Source: a bacterium (GTDB taxonomy: Bacteria; Zhuqueibacterota; Zhuqueibacteria; Residuimicrobiales; Krinioviventaceae). From it: DNA of 64,000 nucleotides. The notes beneath the pieces are model-generated. The model was not told where the DNA came from. It was given only the letters and a program-made list of their open reading frames with translations, and did not search any database. The stretch lies in contig CAXXMD010000003.1 in NCBI GenBank assembly GCA_963675755.2, forward strand, positions 896,001-960,000. Direction: 5' to 3'. The position numbers were made by a program, and so were the translations under genes. Of the stretch, positions 49,890-59,130 are shown one piece after another. Each line of letters starts with the position of its first letter. The first letter of the stretch is position 1.

Positions 49890-51110
49890 ATGGACTTGAT
49901 CTCATTGAATGATGCTGTTCAGATTATTCAACAGCATATTCCCCCGCAAGATATAGAACAACTACCGCTTGAAGAAGCGTCCGGCAAAGTGCTGGTAAAA
50001 AATACAACCGCTCGTGAAGCGCACCCCGCATTCAGCCACAGTACGGTAAATGGCTTTGCTGTAAAATGGACCGATATAGCTAAAGCAAATGAAAACTCGT
50101 CTGTCATGCTTGATATCTGCGGCAATAGCAAGGCCGGAACTCCCTATAAAGAACCTGTTGAAAAGGGACACGCTGTACGAATCGAAACAGGCGCAATGCT
50201 GCCCAAAGGTACGGATAGCATTGTTCCCATTGAAAATACTTTTGTAAATGGCAACGAGCTGCTCATCAAACAGGTAACTGTAAAAGGGGACTGTATTCGA
50301 TCAGCCGGCTCAGATTTTAAACGCGGTGAAATCCTTTGCAAAGCAGGGACGTTTCTGACACCCGGCTGCATTGGTTTGCTGGCGTCCCAGGGATATACCG
50401 AAACCGATGTCATTGCTTCACCCAAAGTATCTCTAGTGGTTACGGGCAGTGAACTGGTACCCTTTGACCTGAAACCCGAACCCGGTCAAATGCGAGATGC
50501 CAATTCAAGCATGTTAAAAACAGCCGTCTTTTCTTCGGGTGCAGAGCTGGCCTTTCATACCCGAACGGGTGATAATATTAACGCGGTAAGACAGGCTATA
50601 AACAAAGCCGCTGAATCTGCAAACATCATTATTGTTAGCGGAGGTATCTCTGACAGTCCTCAGGATATTGTCAAAGAAGCCGCCAAAGAAGCCGGATTTG
50701 CTAATCTGTTTTGGGGTGTAAAACAAAAACCGGGACAATCATTCTATCTCGCTAAAAAGGACCAGACCCTGTTATTCGGATTACCGGAAAATCTGGTTTC
50801 GGCATTAAACTGTTATGCCTATTACATTCATCCGGTGTTGCAGCACATGCAGGGAAAGCCGCAAACACACCAGATCCGTTCTTTAATTATGGGCAGTTCA
50901 ATAAAAAATACCGAGGACCTCTCTTTATTTTTACGGCTGCAAATATCTACAGCAGGAGGCAAACCGATTGCCATACCTTACCTAAATCAGGATCCTTACA
51001 AGATGACAACCATAGGCAAAGCAGAAGGATATGTATTGTTAAACAAGGGGCAATCTCTCACAAAAGGCAGAAAAACAGATATGCTTTTGTATCCGTGGGC
51101 GTTGTATTAA
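49890..51110 (+). CDS. moeA: Molybdopterin molybdotransferase MoeA-like protein (divergent)
   Basis: RIETGAMLP.G.D.IVPIE, TGSELV, DANS, SGG.S...D, KPG; several conserved motifs are altered (see findings). Confidence 0.82.
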   Translation: MDLISLNDAVQIIQQHIPPQDIEQLPLEEASGKVLVKNTTAREAHPAFSHSTVNGFAVKWTDIAKANENSSVMLDICGNSKAGTPYKEPVEKGHAVRIETGAMLPKGTDSIVPIENTFVNGNELLIKQVTVKGDCIRSAGSDFKRGEILCKAGTFLTPGCIGLLASQGYTETDVIASPKVSLVVTGSELVPFDLKPEPGQMRDANSSMLKTAVFSSGAELAFHTRTGDNINAVRQAINKAAESANIIIVSGGISDSPQDIVKEAAKEAGFANLFWGVKQKPGQSFYLAKKDQTLLFGLPENLVSALNCYAYYIHPVLQHMQGKPQTHQIRSLIMGSSIKNTEDLSLFLRLQISTAGGKPIAIPYLNQDPYKMTTIGKAEGYVLLNKGQSLTKGRKTDMLLYPWALY

Positions 51111-51137
51111 TTACCATAAATTTAAATCTATATGAAC

Positions 51138-51172
51138 AAAAAAAGGGACGGTCAATGATCGCCCCTTTTTTA
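51138..51172. terminator. Bidirectional terminator between moeA and the Pao-like operon
   Basis: AAAAAAAGGGACGGTC-AAT-GATCGCCCCTTTTTTT. Confidence 0.7.
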
Positions 51173-51180
51173 TTATCAAC

Positions 51181-51384
51181 TCAGGTTTCTTTATAACAGG
51201 GTCGTTCGGATGTGCACTCGTGCGGGACGGCAATATTATTATCGGGCCCCACAGGAGTTGCGGTCTTTAAACAGGAGAATTGCGAAGTCAGCATTTTATC
51301 TTCACCTTCGGATTCATCTGAAAAACCGGGATAACTCGGACCGACACGCATCAACATGGTACATACGCGTTTTTTTTCACTCAT
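51181..51384 (-). CDS. Small 4-Cys protein at the end of the molybdoenzyme operon
   Basis: 67 aa, AGGTG RBS, 18 nt after the FAD subunit and before the terminator; C...CLKT...GPD...EC...RPCY. Confidence 0.65.
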   Translation of the reverse strand: MSEKKRVCTMLMRVGPSYPGFSDESEGEDKMLTSQFSCLKTATPVGPDNNIAVPHECTSERPCYKET

Positions 51385-51402
51385 AATAACACCTACCCTT
51401 TT

Positions 51403-52380
51403 TTATTCGGCTAACAATTCACCAACTGCCCGCTTGAGCAGGTTTTTCGTCAACGTGATTTTATATTCATTCTGTTCAAGCGGTTCGGCATCTTTTAATT
51501 CCGCTTCTCCTGCCCGTTTCAACAGGTCATCGGTAATGGTTTTGCCGTCCAGTACTTTTTCCGCTTTGAATGCACGCCAGGGTTTAGGTGCCACTCCTCC
51601 CATGGCGATTTTCAGATCAGATATCTTGTTTCCGGAAACCTTGCCCGCAACCGCAACACTCACCATGGCAAAGTCGAACGAATCACGTTCCTTAAATTTC
51701 AGGTAATGACTCTTGAGCTGCTTTGCCTTTTTGGGGATGATCACTTTGGTTACGATCTCATCGGGATTCAATATATTTTCCCGGGTTGCGTCTTTTTCCG
51801 GTAAAATGTAAAAGTCTTCCAGCGGCACTCTTTTGGTGCCTTGAGGTCCAAGAATCTCTATCTCTGCACCCAGCGTTATAAGAATAGGCGCCACATCCGA
51901 AGGATAGACAATATAACAGGGAAATCCTCCCAATATAGCATGGTATTTATTGTCACCACTAATGGCAAAACAAACATCTCCGCCTTTGCGCACACAATCA
52001 AAATGGCGACTGCGATAATACCAGCAGCGCGGACGCTGACACAAATTTCCGCCCAAAGTGCCCATATTCCGCAACTGTATTGTACCTACAGTTTCTACCG
52101 CTTTGGCCAGACCGCCATACTGTTTAACCACATCGCTGTTTGCAATAGTTGACAGTAACGTCCCTGCGCCAATTTGCAAACCGTCTTTATCATCCCAGAT
52201 AGAGTTCAGTTCATCCAGTCCTTTTAAATTCACAACATGTTCAGGACGATCAATGCCTTCTTTTATGCGAGCCAGGGCATCGGTCCCGCCAGCATATAAC
52301 AAGGCCTTACCCTCATATTCGCCCAGTACAGCAGGTACAGATTTTACATCTTTGGGGTATATATATTCAAAAGCTTTCAT
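51403..52380 (-). CDS. Xanthine dehydrogenase-family FAD-binding subunit with 4Fe-4S insert (PaoB/YagS-like)
   Basis: AGGTD, QLRNMGTLGGNLCQRPRCWYYR...C.RKGG..C...HAILG...C...PSD, GGVAPKPWR, NEYK. Confidence 0.9.
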   Translation of the reverse strand: MKAFEYIYPKDVKSVPAVLGEYEGKALLYAGGTDALARIKEGIDRPEHVVNLKGLDELNSIWDDKDGLQIGAGTLLSTIANSDVVKQYGGLAKAVETVGTIQLRNMGTLGGNLCQRPRCWYYRSRHFDCVRKGGDVCFAISGDNKYHAILGGFPCYIVYPSDVAPILITLGAEIEILGPQGTKRVPLEDFYILPEKDATRENILNPDEIVTKVIIPKKAKQLKSHYLKFKERDSFDFAMVSVAVAGKVSGNKISDLKIAMGGVAPKPWRAFKAEKVLDGKTITDDLLKRAGEAELKDAEPLEQNEYKITLTKNLLKRAVGELLAE

Positions 52381-54491
52381 CAGTTGCCCTCCTTTCCTTG
52401 CAGCGCCATGAGGACTTTATCAGGCGTTATCGGCAGTTCATAAATCCGGGTTCCAATGGCGTTGGCAATTGCATTGGCAATTGCACCCACACCGGGTATT
52501 GCCGGCGGTTCACCCAATCCGATGACACCCCGTTCAGACTCATCATACATGGTTACGTTAAAATCAGGCATTTCTTTAGCACCCGGTATTTTATAATTTT
52601 CCATATCCGCGTTTGGCATTACACCGGTTTCATAATCCAGCAGCCGGTTTTCCAGGGTAACGTACCCAATCTCTCCAATCATTGCACCCTGCACCTGGTT
52701 AACGGCTGTCAGCATATTTACAACCAATCCGCAATCCTGCACACCCAGCATGCGGGTGACCTTGATCTGACCGGTTTCGGTATCTACCTCTACTTCGGCA
52801 AACTGACAACCCGCGGTACCACTGTCAGACAATCCTTCCTGCCATTGTACCTGCTCAGACACAGGCTGACCGTCTAAAAGCGCACAAGCTTCTTTCCATG
52901 AAAGGGATTGTGAACTTTCATTGCCGCTAAATTTCATCTTTTGGTATTTCACCTGCTCGGCAGGAATACCCCATTCTTCCGCGACATGGCCTTTCAAGGT
53001 TTCCATCGCTTTAGTTGCGGCCAGCTTGACCGTTGTCGTCACAGAAGGTGCGGTTACACTGCCGCCGCTGCCCGGTGCCCAGGGATAGTCGGATTTACCA
53101 ATAAAAGGCTGTACCATTTCCGGTTTCAATTCCAGTTCTTCTGCCACAACCGCCTGTATGATTGTTCTTGTTCCGGTTCCAATATCCTGAGTACCGATCT
53201 TGATATCCACCGAGCTGTCGGGATAAATATTGATAATGGCTTTGGTATTCTTGTTGCCACCGCCGCCCCATCTGCCAGAACCAACGCCCATACCTTTAAC
53301 AACACGGCCCTTTTGACTGCCGGTTTTGGGTCGATTCTTCCAGCCAAACTGCTCCGCGCCAAGCTCGTATTCTTTTTGACGTGTGGTATTGGGATCATTT
53401 TTCTTGCGCATCTCTAACGCATCTAAGCCCAGTTTGTCTGCCAGTTCATCAATTGCCGATTCCATAGCAAAGTTGGCCTGGGGATGTCCCGGCGCACGCA
53501 TGGGTGCGCTGCCACCCGCGTTGATATGTACATCCTGATGGTCTATTTTGTAATTGGGAAATTCATAAACATATGGTTGAGGTACGCCGGCGCCTGTTCC
53601 TACGCCAGCAGACCCATAGGATTCCAGTTGAAACGCGGTAAAGGTACCGTCTTTTTTAGCGCCGATCTTGATTTTCTGGAATGAAGAGGGACGGTTACCC
53701 ACTGCCAGTAATTGCTCTTCGCGGTCCAGCATCATTTTTACCGGAGCGTTGGCCTTTTTAGCGAGTCTGGCACAAATGGGATGAAAGCTCTTGATTCCCA
53801 GCTTGCTGCCGAATCCACCACCCATGTGATGGGCTACAACATGCACCTTGTTCTCGGGGATCTCGAAATGCCTTGCCATACCGGCCCGTTCACTGTGAAC
53901 AGCCTGGGAAGAGCTCCACATATAGAGGTCGTCTCCCTCCCAATTCACAATACAGCCGTGGGTTTCAAGGGAATTGTGGACCTGCACATTCATATGATAG
54001 GTATGCTCTACAATGGCATCAGCTTCTGCAAATCCTTTTTCTACATCTCCTTCTTCCCGATTTTGCACACGGCCAATATTATCTTCTTTATTGCTGAATA
54101 CTTTGATATCGCCTTTTAACGCTTCCTGTTCACGTACGGTAAAGGGAAGCACCTCGTATTTGACTTTGAATTTCAGCAGCGCTTCCGCGGCACATTCTTC
54201 ACTTACTGCCGCCACTGCGGCTACATCATCGCCAACAAAAAACACTTCATCTTTGATATCGGTAATGACGGTTTTTACACCAGGCATTTTCAATACGTCT
54301 GATGCATCAATGGATACAATTTTTGCATGCGGGTGCGGACTGCGCAGTATGCGTCCGTAAAGCATACCGGGGAATTTCAGGTCATAGGTATATTTTGCGC
54401 GTCCGGTAACTTTATCCGGGCCATCAACTCGGGAGTAGGATTTACCCACAATGGTCATTTCTTCAGGTTTTTTCCATCCGGCCATAATCAA
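52380..54491 (-). CDS. Xanthine dehydrogenase-family molybdopterin-binding subunit (PaoC/YagR-like)
   Basis: KVTGRAKY, GGGFGSK, MRAPG, DIGTG, EVEVDTETG, QVQG, GLGEP. Confidence 0.92.
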   Translation of the reverse strand: MIMAGWKKPEEMTIVGKSYSRVDGPDKVTGRAKYTYDLKFPGMLYGRILRSPHPHAKIVSIDASDVLKMPGVKTVITDIKDEVFFVGDDVAAVAAVSEECAAEALLKFKVKYEVLPFTVREQEALKGDIKVFSNKEDNIGRVQNREEGDVEKGFAEADAIVEHTYHMNVQVHNSLETHGCIVNWEGDDLYMWSSSQAVHSERAGMARHFEIPENKVHVVAHHMGGGFGSKLGIKSFHPICARLAKKANAPVKMMLDREEQLLAVGNRPSSFQKIKIGAKKDGTFTAFQLESYGSAGVGTGAGVPQPYVYEFPNYKIDHQDVHINAGGSAPMRAPGHPQANFAMESAIDELADKLGLDALEMRKKNDPNTTRQKEYELGAEQFGWKNRPKTGSQKGRVVKGMGVGSGRWGGGGNKNTKAIINIYPDSSVDIKIGTQDIGTGTRTIIQAVVAEELELKPEMVQPFIGKSDYPWAPGSGGSVTAPSVTTTVKLAATKAMETLKGHVAEEWGIPAEQVKYQKMKFSGNESSQSLSWKEACALLDGQPVSEQVQWQEGLSDSGTAGCQFAEVEVDTETGQIKVTRMLGVQDCGLVVNMLTAVNQVQGAMIGEIGYVTLENRLLDYETGVMPNADMENYKIPGAKEMPDFNVTMYDESERGVIGLGEPPAIPGVGAIANAIANAIGTRIYELPITPDKVLMALQGKEGN

Positions 54492-55111
54492 CCTCCCTTC
54501 TTGATCGTGTCAGCCGCATCAGCAACGGCTTTGAAAATATTGGGATACGTTCCGCAACGGCACAAGTTGCCCGAAACGCCGGTTTTGATTTCTTCCAATG
54601 TAGGCTGATCATTTTCTCGCAACAAGGAGACACAAGACATGATAAATCCGGGTGTGCAAAATCCACATTGCAGGGCATCATGCTTGACAAAGGCTTCCTG
54701 CACGGGATGCAGCTTGTCGCCATCTGCAAGGCCTTCCACAGTCTCTAATGACGCGCCATCGGCATCCAGGGCGAGTATACTGCACGCCAATACGGTTTTC
54801 CCATCCATAATGATAGTACAGGCACCGCACTGTCCACGATTACAAACCCGCTTGGTACCGGTGTAATCCAGATCATTTCGCAGCGCATCCAGCAGTGTTA
54901 TGCGCGGATCGATCTCGAGCTCATGCTTTTTTCCGTTTACAGTGAATGCGATCTTGACAGCTCCGGGGCCCACAACTTTGGCGCCATGCGGACCTTCCGG
55001 GGCCGCTTCCACCGCAGTTGCAGTTATAACGGTTGCTCCGGCTACACCACCGCCTAATCCTTTAATAAAATTACGGCGTGACATACCGGAAGTTTGTTTT
55101 AGATCACCCAT
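54488..55111 (-). CDS. Tat-exported 2x[2Fe-2S] subunit (PaoA/YagT-like)
   Basis: Twin-arginine SRRNFIK; CNRGQCGAC...C and QCGFCTPG...NLCRC. Confidence 0.92.
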   Translation of the reverse strand: MGDLKQTSGMSRRNFIKGLGGGVAGATVITATAVEAAPEGPHGAKVVGPGAVKIAFTVNGKKHELEIDPRITLLDALRNDLDYTGTKRVCNRGQCGACTIIMDGKTVLACSILALDADGASLETVEGLADGDKLHPVQEAFVKHDALQCGFCTPGFIMSCVSLLRENDQPTLEEIKTGVSGNLCRCGTYPNIFKAVADAADTIKKGG

Positions 55112-55479
55112 TTGAAAACTCCATTTATTATTAAATTTACTGCTTTCCGGGTAATATTTTTTTATTTGGTAATTGGTTTCGTTCCCAGGTGTTCCCTACC
55201 AGTTATCATCCACAGAATCCATAGAGATACTGTATATAATATATACAAGAGCTGTAATCAAAGCAAGTATTTTCGAAAAATTCATTTTGAAATTGTTCGA
55301 TCATTGGCAGTTTACGACAAGGAGGGAAAACCGGCGCGTTACGATCGCGACACAGATACCTGTGTTTCGAAAAATGAGACATGAGCATCCATGCCGAAAC
55401 ATGCGCAGGTATTTTATTCGCTGGTTCGCATTGGCAGACCCGCACTCGGCATCCAGGCCTTGTGCTTGAATCTGTACAT

Positions 55480-55869
55480 TCATAAATCCGCCGGCGGGTA
55501 CAGTATCAATAATAATAAAGGAAATATTACAAAAAAGGAAATCACTCCCAAACCGAATTTTAATCCCCCCTTTTTCCCTTTTGTTGTGTTGTACTCGCAT
55601 GCTTTAACATAATTAATTGATTTTATATGAATTTTCATTCCTTTTTTACCCACTGACCGTGTATAATCCTCAAGATACAGGGTATCATTATCAACATGAA
55701 AATTTCGGGTAATATAAACATTTCCATCAAGCGTATGAATCTCGAGCCGAATGTCCTCTTTATCTTCAAGAGTTTGGCAAGAATCATTAGAAATATTGTA
55801 ACAATACGAGCAAGACAAAGCGCTTGAAATGAGTATCAAATACAACAATAGTAATTTTTTTGAATCCAT
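55480..55869 (-). CDS. Hypothetical membrane protein/lipoprotein
   Basis: GGGG RBS, N-terminal hydrophobic segment with LSC, C-terminal TM helix; AT-rich. Confidence 0.55.
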   Translation of the reverse strand: MDSKKLLLLYLILISSALSCSYCYNISNDSCQTLEDKEDIRLEIHTLDGNVYITRNFHVDNDTLYLEDYTRSVGKKGMKIHIKSINYVKACEYNTTKGKKGGLKFGLGVISFFVIFPLLLLILYPPADL

Positions 55870-56113
55870 ATTCTACCCCATGACTCACATAGTTATTGAC
55901 AGCGATTGTGGATCGCGTGAAAATCTTCCCCGGTTTTAATCCATACCGTTTTTCAAGATTATAAAAAAATTAACAAAAGTCAAGAACATAAGAGAATAAT
56001 TCGGTCTCCTTTTAATGAGATTACCTGTTACTCAAGTCCGTAGTGGATAGGCATTTAATAGCCCATCATCTCGGAGGTGCCATATATTTTTTCCATTTTC
56101 ATCCCCAAAGATA

Positions 56114-56881
56114 TTAGTGAAAAAGTTTAATTTGGACTCCGTATCGATTATTATGTCTTTCAAAATCTGAACCTTTTGTGTATAAATCATTATCATCGTA
56201 TAAAATATTGTAAAAAAATGATAATGAAATAAATTTGTAATCCCACCTGATTCCAGCTAAATTCATATACCCGGATTTGACCCTACCATCATTTTTATGT
56301 GATTTGAATTCATTAAATAACCAAAAATGATCAATAGGCCTATATGCAACACTAATCATGTCAGGTTTATGAATGATTCCAAAAAACATTATATGTTTTT
56401 GATAACCTAATGAATAATAAAAATCATTTATCCTTTTACTAAATGTAATTCCTAACATCCAGTCGAAGGAAAGAAATGATAAATTGATATTAGTATATTT
56501 TGTTTCTTTAAGACGTATTATAGATTTTATATAATTTACATTTACTTTCCTTGTTAAAAACTCATCACCTCTTTGATTGTGAATTCTGGGTATAACTGCT
56601 CTACCAAACTCCAAATACATTCTATTATAGACCATCAAACCTCTTTTGGTATTATATTGAACATTATTGTGGAATGATGGTGTGTGTTCACCATGATGTT
56701 CCATTAAAAACCAATAAAAAACAAAGTTTTCTGTGTAATCAAGTGATAAATCCAAATTTTTAGTTTGAAATAGCCCAGGAAAATTAATGAATTCAAAATT
56801 TGATTCTTTTGCATTCGTATTTACTGAAACCAGTAAAAAAGGAATTATAAACAAATAAAATAATTTCATAATTTTCTCCAA
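56114..56881 (-). CDS. Hypothetical secreted or outer-membrane protein
   Basis: 255-aa ORF in very AT-rich DNA, signal peptide (TNA|KE), aromatic beta-strand pattern and ending YGVQIKLFH. Confidence 0.55.
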   Translation of the reverse strand: MEKIMKLFYLFIIPFLLVSVNTNAKESNFEFINFPGLFQTKNLDLSLDYTENFVFYWFLMEHHGEHTPSFHNNVQYNTKRGLMVYNRMYLEFGRAVIPRIHNQRGDEFLTRKVNVNYIKSIIRLKETKYTNINLSFLSFDWMLGITFSKRINDFYYSLGYQKHIMFFGIIHKPDMISVAYRPIDHFWLFNEFKSHKNDGRVKSGYMNLAGIRWDYKFISLSFFYNILYDDNDLYTKGSDFERHNNRYGVQIKLFH

Positions 56882-57241
56882 AAGTTATAAATGTTATTCA
56901 ATCAAGAAAACTATGGCGATCTAAAAGCATTTCCCCTTGATTTCATATTGTACCCCACAGTACATGAGCATCTCTTTGCAAATTGGATTACAGTATTCAC
57001 GTGTAGTACGACCCCGTGAAGCGCTGAATTACAAGTGAGTTCCCTCGTCACTCGATTATAATTACGCATCCAGCACTCTTGTTTTTTATGATAAGTAAAA
57101 TTTCTGACTTGATCAAGAGGAACCATAATAAATAGACTTTTTTATTTCTCTTCCAAAATATTGGGCTATTCTCCCATTCCAATCACCCTGTAATCTCACC
57201 AATCCTACTCTTCCTTTCTCATATCGTTCTGTCTCCCGTCT

Positions 57242-57293
57242 TTTTCACTTGATTATTTGTCAAAAAATGTCTAAGTATTAAAAATTTGCAATT
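57242..57293 (+). repeat. 52-bp direct repeat, left copy
   Basis: TTTTCACTTGATTATTTGTCAAAAAATGTCTAAGTATTAAAAATTTGCAATT; 51/52 identical to 59131-59182. Confidence 0.9.
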
Positions 57294-57297
57294 ACTA

Positions 57298-57512
57298 GAT
57301 CGTGACGGAGATAATCTCCGTCACGATCATAAAATGCAAAGACCGCTGAGAACGCAGAGATTTCAGAGAAAACAAAATAAATTGCCTCGGCGATCTCCGC
57401 ATGCTCTGCGTTAAAAAATGAATGGTGAGCCGGTCACCATGATCTCGTATCCGAGACAATAAAAGGTGGGTTGAAAAAATGCCAGACATCAAGTCAGGGT
57501 TACAAACTATAA
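57298..57512. repeat. About 215-bp repeat unit, copy 1, starting with a perfect 31-bp palindrome
   Basis: GATCGTGACGGAGAT-A-ATCTCCGTCACGATC (57298-57328), then CATAAAA..ACGCAGAGATTTCAGA..AATTGCCTCGGCGATCTCCGC..CAAACT. Confidence 0.88.
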
Positions 57513-57536
57513 TGCAAAAATTGTGATTATTTTACG

Positions 57537-58103
57537 ATGAAAAAAAAATTAATTATCATTATTATTGTATATTTTTTAAGCATAAATTTTCTAAATTTTT
57601 CAAAAAATTTATACTTATTTTCAACTTATAATTTTTCAATTAGTTGTTTTGAACCCAATCGACATATATCAAATCAATACCGTCAATGGGAAAGAGTTAT
57701 AGATAGTTATCAGCATGTTTCAGATGCAAGATATATTGAGAATATAATAATTTTTTCAGATAATACAGGATTTTATCGATTGAGATGTTATTCATTAAAA
57801 ATTTTTAATATTGATTCTGAACCTTATTCATGGTCACCTCTATTACCATATGATCAAAATTATTTTATAGATTATTTTGCAGAAATCCAAATTGACTCTC
57901 AATATGTTAAATTTTTACCAAATCCTAACTCGATGGTTAATAATGGTACAAGATATTCAAAATTTAAAATTAAAGAGAACAAGTTTTACCTTGATTCATA
58001 TCGAGAGCTCGAAAAATATAAAATGGATCCAATCTGGATTGTACCTCAAACAGAAAAAATCAAGTTTTCAAATTATTTATATTTTTCTTACTTTTTTGAA
58101 TAG
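57537..58103 (+). CDS. Hypothetical AT-rich orphan protein with N-terminal hydrophobic segment
   Basis: 188-aa ORF (MKKKLIIIII...) filling the space between repeat copies 1 and 2. Confidence 0.6.
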   Translation: MKKKLIIIIIVYFLSINFLNFSKNLYLFSTYNFSISCFEPNRHISNQYRQWERVIDSYQHVSDARYIENIIIFSDNTGFYRLRCYSLKIFNIDSEPYSWSPLLPYDQNYFIDYFAEIQIDSQYVKFLPNPNSMVNNGTRYSKFKIKENKFYLDSYRELEKYKMDPIWIVPQTEKIKFSNYLYFSYFFE

Positions 58104-58163
58104 CCGGTTGCTGAGTATTGTCTGAATTAAGATTTTTAGGATGAAAGGATTTTAGGAAAGTCA

Positions 58164-58198
58164 ATTTGCCCGGCACTTGAAAAAAGTGCCAGGCAAAT
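58164..58198. repeat. REP-like hairpin
   Basis: ATTTGCCCGGCACTT-GAAAA-AAGTGCCAGGCAAAT, one mismatch. Confidence 0.7.
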
Positions 58199-58206
58199 CT
58201 TTTCAA

Positions 58207-58421
58207 GATCGTGACGGAGATAATCTCCGTCACGATCATAAAACGCTGAATCCGCCGAGGACGCAGAGATTTCAGAAGAATTAAAAGAATTGCCTCGGCG
58301 ATCTCCGCGTGCTCTACGTTTAAACATTGGATGGTGCGCTGGTCGCCCGGGCTTTGTATTCGGGATAAATAAGGCGGAGTGAAAAAACCAGGACATTAAA
58401 TCAGAGGATTGCAAACTGTAA
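58207..58421. repeat. About 215-bp repeat unit, copy 2
   Basis: Identical 31-bp palindrome (58207-58237) and a colinear, diverged tail through GCAAACTGTAA. Confidence 0.88.
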
Positions 58422-58454
58422 ACAATCCTAATAAAAAATCACAATTAAAATGAT

Positions 58455-58652
58455 TTGTACATTATGGATGATTTCATTCTTATTTGTATCATTATTCCTT
58501 TAGTCCCTATAATTGTAATTTTACGTGCTATATTTAAAGATTTCCTTTGGGGAAGAAAAATAAAGAATATTAAATACTATATTAAATATTTTGTAGTGTA
58601 TATTTCAATAATCTCTTTAATTTTTATCCTGGATTATATAGGTGTATTATAA
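58455..58652 (+). CDS. Small two-TM orphan protein
   Basis: 65 aa with two hydrophobic helices, between repeat copies 2 and 3. Confidence 0.45.
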   Translation: MYIMDDFILICIIIPLVPIIVILRAIFKDFLWGRKIKNIKYYIKYFVVYISIISLIFILDYIGVL

Positions 58653-58718
58653 TAAAGCAACTATTATTATATATAATTTTTCTTGTCCGCTCAGTTGCAC
58701 CGGATTGACTCTTTTCAA

Positions 58719-58784
58719 GATCGTGACGGAGATAATCTCCATCACGATCATAAAACGCCAGAGCCGCCAAAGACGCAGAGATTT
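58719..58784. repeat. Repeat unit, copy 3 (truncated)
   Basis: Palindrome 58719-58749 with one mismatch, then CATAAAACGC..GACGCAGAGATTT. Confidence 0.85.
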
Positions 58785-59130
58785 ACGATCATATCTGGCA
58801 GATTATCTATCGTTTAATTTTTTTCACTGCTTTTACTATCACGAAATCCTTGTTTTTCTCTGTGCCCTCTGTGTCTCTGTGGTTATTGTCTTTACAGTCA
58901 ATTATAAGGTCATCTGCTGATAAAAGAACAGATAATCTCCAATCCTGTTCATCCTTTAATCTTCTACATCCTAATTTAGACAAAAAAATGAATTGCCCTG
59001 GCGCACTCTTAAAAAAGAATAATGAACTGGTCACCCGGAACTCGTGTCCTGCAAACTTTTAAGATATAACGAAAATTGTAAAATGAATAAATCACATCTC
59101 GTCGTCGCTCCGATACGTACATCCCCCCAA

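Noticed and set aside
55112-55479. Possible gene remnant or ncRNA upstream of the Tat-FeS subunit
   Set aside because: Several overlapping short ORFs and small hairpins, but none with an RBS or a recognisable motif.
57298-58784. CRISPR array (three 31-bp palindromic repeats)
   Set aside because: Spacings are 909 and 512 nt and contain whole ORFs, the repeat is fully palindromic, and there are no cas genes.
57295-59034. Minus-strand ORFs 57295-57492, 58136-58414 and 58807-59034 as a repeated small protein or toxin
   Set aside because: The reading frame is not conserved between repeat copies, so these are translations of non-coding repeats.
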